A stretch of DNA of 64,000 nt from Piromyces finnis finn (Eukaryota > Fungi > Neocallimastigomycota). The stretch lies in assembly GCA_002104945.1 (NCBI GenBank), contig MCFH01000014.1:744001-808000 (forward strand), written 5' to 3'. Under the pieces are notes generated by a model. The model was given only the letters and a program-made list of their open reading frames with translations, was not told the origin of the DNA and searched no databases. Below, in pieces: positions 53,701-64,000 of this stretch; positions within the stretch are counted from its first letter, which is position 1; the number at the start of each line of letters is the position of its first letter. The translations under genes were made by a program, and so were the position numbers.

Positions 53701-56396
53701 TTACTACCTCAACAATGAAATTAATATTCAAATAATGCTTTCTTTCTTTTTCTTCTAATAATAATGATGATAATTTTTTATTATTAATTCTTTCGCATCT
53801 TTTTTTTTGTTTGTTTGTTTTCAAGTGCCTTTTCTTCTTATCTTTCTCTTTTTTTTTTTTTTTTTGATTACTCATTTCTTTCTCATCTTTCAAACTATAT
53901 ATTTTCACCTATATATTACATTACATACTAATATATTATTTAGTTATCCAATACTTTATAATATTTAATTCATTGTATCCTACATCAATTCAATTACAAT
54001 AATTGATAAAGTTTTATTAATATATTATTGAATATATTTACATAATATATTTTAATTGAAATGATTTAATTTAATATATTAAGAAATATTATATTTAATT
54101 TCAAATTAGCTTCTTTCTAATCTTTAAAATTTCAAAAGATCCACTAAACTCTAATATATACTAATATACTACATACATAAATTAGAATATAATCAATTTA
54201 ATTGCTAAATCAATTTACCATTTAAAATTATATTTCCTTTTTTTTTAAATTTAAAAACTGCCATTGAAAGGGATCGTTTCCAGCATCAGTAAAAAAGATA
54301 GGAAAAAAAGGAATGAAGTAAAAAAAAAAAAAAAAGTCAATAACAAAAAAAGAGAGAGAGATAAATTAAGCATGATTGAAATTGGAATGGAAAAAAATGA
54401 ATCATAAAAAATGAATGGTTTTTATGGTGCTTATGCTATTTCAACAATTAAAAATTACTTGGTAGGTAGTAATACCATTCTAAAAAAAGATAATTAGTTT
54501 TACCATTGATTTCTAATAAAACATAAAGTATAAATGATAAAACTAACATCTTTCATTTTCCATCTTTCATTGAAATAAATCAATTCATGTTTTAACTACA
54601 ATTATTTTTTAAAAATTTTCATTTTCTTTAAAATTCACTTTCATTCTTTATTATAAAAAGATGAAATTTAAAATAAACTCACCATTAAACATGCGTGTGG
54701 GTATTTCTTTTTATTTTAATGCTTTTCTTTCCATCCTTAATATTAATATTATTTCAAATTTAATTAATGTATTTAACTATACATCATAAAAATAAAAATA
54801 AAAATTAATTTTTTTTTTACTATTTAAATAAAAATTTAAAATTTTAATTTTGTAAAATTTTTTTTTCTTTTCTTTTTACTTTACACAAAAGAACTAAAAA
54901 AAAAAAAAAAAAGGATAATAAACAAAAATCTTAAAAAACTAAAAAAAAATAGATAGCTTTTTACTTAAAAAAAAAAAATAAAAATATAAAAATATAAAAA
55001 TATATAAAAACAAAATTAAAAATAATAAAATAAAACAATTATTAAAAAAAAAAAACTTTTAAAATTTTCCAAAAAGGATTTCTGTTAGACTTTTTAGAAA
55101 ATTAGTTATAACTCATACTAATCGATATTTTATAAACTAAAAAAAAAAAGATATTAAAATCTTTTAAATTTATTCTTTTTTTAAGAAAAATAAAACAAAT
55201 ATTTAATTTATTTATTTATTTATTTATTTTTTTTTACTAATTAATAAATAATAATAATAATAAATTTTGAAAAAAAAAAACTACTTTTTTTTATTTATAA
55301 AATTAAAACCTGTTATTATTATTTTATCCCTATTTATATAAAGAAAAACATTATATTTTAATGTCATAATATCTATTAAAGAAATAAAATATTTAAAACC
55401 TTTTTCTTACTACTACACTCTTTTTGAATCTTTTTTTTTTTCCTTCTTTCTTTCTTATTTTTGGAAATAATAAAAATTTTGGTTACTTCTTTTAGAAACA
55501 TTAAAAGATAAAGAAAAAAAAAAAAAAAGAAACGAAAAGAAATCTTCAACTTTTTTGAATGAAAAAAATACTACATTTATTTTGAATAATTTAATTTAAT
55601 TTAATTTATTATAGACTACAAGATAATAACAAAAAAAAAAAAAAAGATAAATAATACTACATAATACTCTAAATTATTTATAAAAGTTACACTAATCTAA
55701 TAATCTAAACTCAAAATACTATATTCTATTTAAATATTAAGTAAATATCATAAATATAATTAAATTTTAAATATAAAACAAAATTGAAATACATCTATTT
55801 TCCCTTATCAAAACCAGATTCAAATTCAATAATATATTATTATTAAAAATAAAATAAAATAAAAAACAAGTAATACAACAATACAAAAAAAAAAAAAAAG
55901 AAAAGTTACAGAAAAGGGCCTGTAAAAATATTAATATGTAATAAATTTAAAGATGAAATATCAAAAAAATTCATTTAAAAAAAAAGTATTTCACCATAAT
56001 ATAAAACATAATATAAAACTGAAATAAAATAAATGATATATATATATAATTCAAAAATAATGTATTTGACTATATAAAAACGATACAGTTTTTATTATAA
56101 ATAATTACGGAAAATAAAATAAATTGAACAATAATAAATGAAACTTTAAACTTTTTATTTTTTTGATAAAAATAATTTATTTCAATGTTTAAAGTATCAA
56201 AAAATTTAAACAATTATTAAAAATAGTTTTAAAAAAGGGAAAATAAAAGCTAATAAGAAATAAAACAATTTGTCACATTTATATAAATAGTCTTTTTATT
56301 TAAAAACTTTTAATTTTGATAAAGATACCATTTTAACTAATAATTTCTTTCTCTTTTTTTTTAACCAATTTAATTATAGTATTTTTACAATACAAA

Positions 56397-59300
56397 ATGG
56401 TCAGTCTCAAGCGTTTTATGTGTATTCCATCTAAGAAGGAAAAAAGCCGTAAAGGTGAGAAAAGTAAAAACTTTTTTTTTATATAAAAAATATTCTTTAA
56501 AGTTTATAAACTTTTTTTTTGTTTTTTTTTTTCCATTTTTTTAATAATAAAAATGTGTCACATCAAAAAAAAATTAATATCAAAAAAGTTTAATATTTTA
56601 AAAAATTTTTTAAAGTTAAAATTTTTAATAAACAATTTTTTTCAAGGAAATATAACCAAAAAAAAAAAGTGTTCTTTAAAAAATAACTTAAAAACTATTA
56701 AATTGAAAATAATAATCATAGTAAAGACAAATAAATGGATTATATATAAAATAGAATAACAATATTAATATTAATAAAAAAATAATAATGCAAAATGGGA
56801 CAAAATAGTAAATATAGAGGATTATTTCTTGTATAACAAATAATTAAGTAAATGTTCATTTAGAAAAAAAAAAAAAAAAAATTAAAATTTCATCAATAAA
56901 ATAAATAGTTTAATTCTTTTTTAATGAAAAAGAAAAAGTATTAATTCAGAAACAAAGTTTGAGTTTAAAAAATAGTAATTATAAAAATAAAAAGAACATG
57001 ATAAAAAAAGAGCTTAAATTTCATAGTTTAAAAGATGAAATTAAAGAGTGATACACCCATATAGTTTAACCCAAATGATATCTATTGAATAAGGAATATT
57101 CATTTATAAACTAATGATATAAAAACATAGAATAAAAAATAACATGTTTTTTTTAAAAAAAAAATATTTTTTTTATTGTCTTTTAAAACAAACAAAAAAA
57201 AATACAAAAATATTTTAGAGGATAAGCAATATAACCATCAAATTCAAATTCATATTCATTCATATTTAAATATATTCTTATTTCATTTTGATTACTACCA
57301 AAATATTTCCATTTTTATAAAAAAAAAATACATATATCTTACTTTATTTTATTATTTAATATTTTTTTATAAATTTCTTATGGTGTATAATAAACTTTTA
57401 GTCTCTTCAAAGTCTATTAATGCCTCCACCTCTAATGTTAAAGTTGTCAATGGTAATGATGAAGCTGCTGTAATAAAGGCTATTGAAGCTATTAAAAAAA
57501 CTAATTCTGATCCATCAATAAAATCTGAAAAGTCTCGTGAACGTTTAATTGTTGTATCTAATCGTTTACCAGTAACAATTACAAAAACTGAAGATGGTTT
57601 CAAATACCAAATGAGTTCAGGTGGTTTAGTATCTGCTTTAAGTGGTCTTAAGCGTGAAATGTCTTTCACTTGGATCGGTTGGCCAGGTCTTGATTTTCCA
57701 AAAGAAGAACGTGAAGAAATTACCAAAACTTTATTAGAAACTTATTCATGTTACCCAGTATTCCTTGATGATGATATTGCTGATGCTCACTACAATGGTT
57801 TCTCCAACGGTATTATTTGGCCTCTTTTCCACTACTATCCAGGTGAAATTAATTTCGATGAAAGTCAATATGAAGCTTACCAAATTGCTAATCAAGCTTT
57901 TGCTGATGCTTTATTAGAAGTTATTGAAGATGGTGATATTGTTTGGGTACAAGATTATCACTTAATGCTTCTTCCACGTATGTTAAGAGAAGCTCTCCCA
58001 GAAAATATTAATGTTCGTATTGGTTTCTTCCTTCATACTCCTTTCCCATCTTCCGAAATATATCGTGTCCTTCCTGTTCGTAAGGAAATTCTTCTTGGTG
58101 TCTTAAACAGTGATCTTATTGGTTTCCATACCTACGATTATGCTCGTCACTTCTTAAGTTCCTGTACTCGTGTCCTTTCTCTCTACACTATGCCAAATAC
58201 GGTTGAATTTGAAGGTCGTACGGTATATGTTGGTACTTTCCCAATTGGTATCGATCCAAATAAATTCACTGAACACTTAAAGGTTCCACGTGTTCAAGAA
58301 CGTATTGAACATCTTCAAAAACGTTTTGAAGGTATGAAGATTATTGTCGGGGTTGATCGTCTTGATTACATTAAGGGTGTCCCACAAAAACTTCATGCTT
58401 TAGAGCAATTCCTTTCAGATCACCCAGAATGGATTGGTAAGGTTGTCCTCATTCAAGTTGCTGTACCATCTCGTCAAGATGTACAAGAATACCAAAATCT
58501 TCAAACAATTGTCAATGAATTAGTTGGTCGTATCAATGGTAAATACGGTACTATTGAATTCATGCCTATTTACTTTATTCACAAATCTGTCACTTTTGAT
58601 GAATTGGTATCTCTTTACGCTGTTTCTGATGTTTGTATGGTTTCTTCTACTCGTGATGGTATGAACCTTGTTTCCTACGAATACATTGCTTGTCAAGAAA
58701 AGAAGCATGGTGCTTTAATTCTTTCAGAATTTGCTGGTGCCGCTCAATCCTTAAATGGTTCTATCATTGTTAATCCATGGAGTACTGAAGATCTTTCTCA
58801 AGCTATCTACGATGCTGTAACCATGCCAGAAGATGTCAAGGCTGCTAATCATGAAAAGCTCTATCGCTACGTTCATAAATACACTGCCGCTTACTGGGGT
58901 ATTAACTTCATTTCCGAATTAAAAAGAGTTACTGAAGCTTCAAATAATAAAAAGTTAAGTATTCTCGATTCCAATAAGGTCATAAAGTCTTTCAAGAACT
59001 CCACTGGTAAGAAGGTTATCATTTTAGATTATGATGGTACCTTAACCACCTCTCATAAATTAGCTGAATTTGCTCAACCTTCCTCACCTCTTTTAGCCAC
59101 TTTAAAGGTTCTTTCCAGAATGGATAATGTTTATGTTTACATCTTTTCTGGTCGTTCCCGTAAATACTTGGATCAATGGTTTGCTGAAACTAATGTTGGT
59201 TTAGGTGCTGAACATGGTTGTTTCTACCGTCATCCAAAATCATGGAATGAAAGAAAACGTTACTCTGACAGTATCATCTCTGGTGATATTTCTTCTGTTG

Positions 59301-59929
59301 TTTCCGGTCTTTGCTCTACCACTACCTCAGTTGTTAATGAACCAAATGAAAATGAAATTCAAACAGCTGTTGTTGTTCAACGCGGTAAGCGTGTTAAGGA
59401 TGATGATGGTTGGATTGCTTTAGTTGATCAAATTAATTCCTCTTGGAAGGATACAATTCGTCCACTCTTCCAACACTATACCGAACGTACCCCAGGTTCC
59501 TTTATTGAAGAAAAGGAAGTCAATATTACCTGGCATTATCGTAATGCTGATCCAGAATTTGGTAGCTGGCAAGCTGCTGAACTTCAATGTAATCTTGAAA
59601 AAATATTAAGTCATATGGCTTTAACCATTGTTTTAGGTAAAAAGACTTTAGAATTAAGACCAGCTTCCTTAGATAAATCTACTATTGCAAAGTGTATTCT
59701 TAAGGATTTAAAGGCTGGTCAACATTCTCTTGGTGATATTGACTTTGTTCTTTGTATTGGTGATGGTAAGACTGATGAACCCGTCTTTTCTATGCTTAAT
59801 GGCTTTAATGCTAAGGATTTCTATACCGCTACTGTTGGTAAGAAACAAACTGAAGCTAAATACTATATTAATTCTGTTCCAGAAGTACAAGGTCTTTTGA
59901 ATGAAATTATTTCCTCTTCTTCCAAGTAA
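56397..59929 (+). CDS. TPS1: Trehalose-6-phosphate synthase (GT20) fused to a HAD trehalose-phosphate phosphatase domain
   Basis: VSNRLP, SGGLVSAL, WVQDYHL, GVDRLDYIKG, RDGMNLVSYEY; DYDGTL, SGR and GDGKTDE. Proposed exon 1 56397-56454 splices in frame to 57402; an alternative in-frame ATG lies at 57380. Confidence 0.93.
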
Positions 59930-60340
59930 ATAGAATAACATTGCATAAAAAAAAAAGTACCATTTAATTAATCCCATTATCCTAGAAATTATGGTACAAT
60001 CTATAAACAAATAAATGAAAAAGAAAAAAACCAACCTATGAAAGAAAAGAAAAAGAAATTTTTTTCAATAGGCCGGATGGGTAAAAAAGAAAAAAAAAAA
60101 AAAATAGTGTAATACAAAATGTTAAAAATCTTAAAACCACTTTAAAAATTTTTAATTTAATTATTATATATATAAGTAGTATTTAGTAGTGATTTTTTTA
60201 TCCTCTTTATTTTTTTTTAATTATTCAAGAAAAAAAAAAAACCCCAATTTTTTTTTTTATACTTTTTTAATATATCATATTATCTTATTTATATATTTAT
60301 TTTAGTATAAAAAACACTAATCATAAGAAGAAATAATAGT

Positions 60341-60378
<38 letters not shown>

Positions 60379-61604
60379 TTATATATTTTTTAAAGTATAA
60401 TAATCATAACATCATACCATAATAATCATAGTATAATATATATATTTATTCTTTAATTATTAAACCTATCTTAATTTTTATTTTAATTAACCTACCTATA
60501 AAAATTATTATTTTTTTTTCCTCATTAATAACCTTTTATTAAAAAAGTAAAATAAAAAAAAAAAGAAATTTTAATAACTATAGATTTAAAAATAATAATA
60601 ATAATAATAGTAGTAATAGAAAAATGTTTTAAATAATCAAAATACAAGATTTTTTTTACATCCCTATTACCCTTTATTTTATATAAATTTTAAATTTAGA
60701 ATATATATATATAGATTTTTTATTATTTTAGATTTTATGATTATAACATCTTAAAAACTTATATAACATAATTACACCACTAATTAAATAATTAAGTTAG
60801 TCCTCAAAAAATTATAATTTTTTTTTTTTTAGTTTAGATAAAACATATATTTAAAGAAGAAGAAGAAGAAGAAGAAAAGGAAAGAAAAATAAATATAGAA
60901 AAGAAAAAGAAAAAAAGAAGGAAAAAAAAAAAAAAGATTAATCGTATATTAGAAAAAAAAAAAAAAAGCTAATCAATCATATCACTTACCTTTTATTAAT
61001 GATCATGAATGAAAGCTTAATCATAGTAATGCATCTTTTTTTTTCTTAAACTATGTTTTCATTAATAAAAATTGTCTTAAAGTAAAAGGAAGATAGTTAT
61101 TACTTCAATCAAACAAACAAGAAAATCATAAAAAAAAAAAAAAAAAATGCTATTAATAATAATTTCAATCAAATATAATAATAAAAATAAAAAAAAATAA
61201 TAATAAAAAAAAAAAAAAGCTATCAAAATAATAACAAATAAAACCCAATAACAAAATCGCAATGCAGAATGAAAAAAATAAAAAAAAATAAAATAAAATA
61301 AAATAAAAAAAAAAAAAAAATAAAAATTATCAAATAATAACAGCAATAAATAATAGTTATCTCTAATTTTTTTTTTTTCTTTTTGTAAAAAAAAAAAAAG
61401 AGAATTTTTAAAACTTATTAGTTCTAATTAATAAATTTTTTCCCACAAATCAAATCAAATTAAAATTTTATTTTCAAAACTTAAATGAAGCTTATAATAA
61501 AAATAATAATTAAAAAAAAAATATATATATATATATATATATTATTCTTTTTTTTTTTTTTATAGATATAATTTTCCCTTTTTTTTATTTTCTATAATGT
61601 TCTT

Positions 61605-61639
<35 letters not shown>

Positions 61640-61929
61640 CATTCTTAAAAAAAAAATAAATAAATAACAATATTAATTATAAAAAATAATAACTTTTTTT
61701 TTTTTTTTTCAAATATGCTAATTAAAATATATTTTATAATAAAAAGATAAATTGGTGTTATTTTTTAAAAAAACTATTGAATATAATTGTGTGTAATTGT
61801 GTGTATAAAATGTTTTCTAAATAAAAATTTTAAAAAACATACAAAATTTTTTAGTTTTTTGTTTGTTTTTATCTAATCCAATAAGATAATTTTTTTATAT
61901 ATATCCTAAATTTTTAGCTAATTTATCCA

Positions 61930-63300
61930 GAAGAAATTCGACTATCCACAAAAGATGTAATGAGTATAGGAAATAAGAATATCTTTATTGAATTAAAACA
62001 GGTTGTGAGTATAGGAAGAGTTATAATCCTAAGAAGGCCTGGAATGGATTTAGAAAACTATGAAATTTGGAAAAGATACTTTTTTTATACTGCTCAACCA
62101 ATTAAAAATAAAAATGGAGATTTAATTATTGCTACGGAAGAACAACTAGAGGTGTGGCATGACCATTTCGAAGATCTTGCATCAAATCCAAGTGTTGTAA
62201 GTCTTGATTTGGAGCATTGGTATGATGAACCAACGAATAAGTTGTTTTTCACTTCCTATGCTTGATAAATGGGATATCACCCAAGATAATAGTATTGATA
62301 TGAAGTCAAGTCATCTATCCCCTCTATTCCAAATTATAAAGCACCAGGTCCGGATGGTATTCCTATTGAATTGTTTATAAAATTTTTTAGATCTCAGAAA
62401 AGTATATGATTCAGTCCCAATCGGTAATATTCTTCATAAATTAGATTGTTTAGGGATTGGAGATAAGAGTTTACAATTCATCAAAAAAATATATTTAACA
62501 TTTAAGACTAATGTTAAATTAGATGGTCAATTCTCGAAATCTTTTGATGTGAAGAAAGGAGTTCGTCCGTCAAGTTTGTCCATTTTCTCCTATTCTTTTT
62601 TAATCTCTTTATTAATGATATTTTTAAAGTGTGTGAAGATATCAGAGTTAGGAAACATTCGATGTTGTGGTGGACTTTTTTGCAGATGATATAGTTATTT
62701 ATGCTCCATCAAGAAGATGTTTAAAAAAGTTGCTAAAGAGAGTTAACGAATGGACTTTGCATAATGACAATAGAATTTGGTATCCAGAAATGTTCAACGA
62801 TAGTGATTCGTCCTGAATCAATAGAAAATCAGAACAAGAAAGATCCAACATTTTACTTAGCAAGAAAACCCATTCCAATTACTGATTGTTACACTTATCT
62901 TGGTTGTTTCATTTAATAAGAATTTGTCCCTTAAACCAGTTATTAAAGCTCTTAATAATAAGGTTTTAAAAGGACTTTTTTCAATCAGTAAATTCTTAAG
63001 AAATCCTAATATTCTTATTCCTTTTAAAAAAAAAAAAAAAAAAAAGCTAGTACTTAACTCACAAGTGATCAATAGGAGTTTCATACTTTACACCATTACT
63101 TGGATCCAACAAAGTTAGGTTTAGGATTACTCAGAAGCATGTGAACAAAGAAATACGATGGGTTGTCAGTGTTCATAAAGCTGTATCGTTTACTTCTCTA
63201 TACTCTTTTTCAAAAGATTTGAAATATTTCTCCATTGTCAGACAAAAAAAAAAAAAAAAGAAATAATTAAACATTATTTGATAAGTTTGTATAAAATACC
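61930..63300 (+). pseudogene. Decayed non-LTR (LINE-like) reverse transcriptase
   Basis: Frameshifted KAPGPDGIPIEL, KKGVR, LFADDIVIYAPS and YTYLG segments. Confidence 0.85.
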
Positions 63301-63588
63301 CTATTGTAATGAAATTATGCAATGAACATTGAAACTATCCTTGTGAAAATGTCAATCAATTTCTTTATGATAATTTCACTCAAATCAGTATTATATAATT
63401 TAATCCAGTATACTATTCTTTGAATTAAATCATTATAACAATACTTTAAGATAATATTTAGCCTCAAAAGCATTATTTAAATTATTGCTACCTATAAAGC
63501 AAATATATTACTGGTCAAATGCTCATCCCGTAGGCTGTTATTGCTAATATACATAGCAAATATTTCAAATGAGGTAATTTATTAAAGT

Positions 63589-63724
63589 TAGAAATGCTTA
63601 GCGTGAAATGAGCATATTCTACATATATATATACTTTGAATAACCTAGCGTGAAATGGGTATATTCAATAATATTTTAACAACTTATCATGATTTAACTT
63701 AGCGTGAAATGAGTTATATTCATA
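63589..63724 (+). other. Three hairpins with an invariant TAGCGTGAAATG apex and different stems
   Basis: Apex at 63599, 63646 and 63700; stems ATGCT/AGCAT, ACC/GGT and TAACT/AGTTA. Confidence 0.75.
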
Positions 63725-64000
63725 GATAATTATTAATGATGGTTTTAGACCTATATATATTTAATTTGGTCCCATCAATAACAATGTAGCACCTTCATAG
63801 TAAGGGCTCCTTAGATTTAGATGACATTGATTCATCATATTTATTTATTACCAACATTCAAGAATGTTGTGACGCCGTTTTAAAATATAATTTACGGTGA
63901 TTTAGTAACCTCATATATAAATCGCCACTTTCAACGTAGTGAGTGATCGCCGACCAATTAGCTGACATTCTAATTAACCGAGCCGACTTCGATATAATTT

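Noticed and set aside
50782-56759. Short ORFs at 50782, 53624 and 56553 (and 61077, 28786, 29196)
   Set aside because: Low-complexity translations of poly-A/T intergenic DNA.
57176-57379. N-terminal extension of the TPS ORF
   Set aside because: AT-rich, low-complexity sequence that lies inside the predicted intron.

Overview
Very AT-rich, intron-containing eukaryotic DNA. The fungal dockerin (CBM10-type) repeats point to an anaerobic gut fungus (Neocallimastigomycota; inference). The first ~27 kb is a nest of retroelements: an intact single-ORF Ty3/gypsy chromovirus (LTRs 1-514 and 5511-6100) inserted in the leader of a second, minus-strand LTR element, which sits in an older copy of the first family. 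Also here are several solo LTRs, copia and gypsy gag remnants, a tRNA-Trp gene and a tRNA-Trp pseudogene, a PI-PLC/ricin/dockerin pseudogene and two large inverted duplications. Two LTR families share the same cis-signals (TGTAAAGATAT end, TATA-27 nt-self-primer, matching 11-12 nt PBS). The second element's leader carries seven spaced GC-rich hairpins and about 15 short motif repeats. Two solo LTRs are each inserted, with their own TSD, exactly at the terminus of a third LTR-like family. From 29 to 47 kb lie three tandem secreted purple-acid-phosphatase-like metallophosphoesterases with 5-10 dockerins plus a C-terminal CBM1. A small secreted Cys-rich protein, a TPS-TPP trehalose synthesis gene, a decayed LINE RT and a triple covarying hairpin at the right end follow. 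All alignments and counts were done by eye, so boundaries may be off by a few bases.
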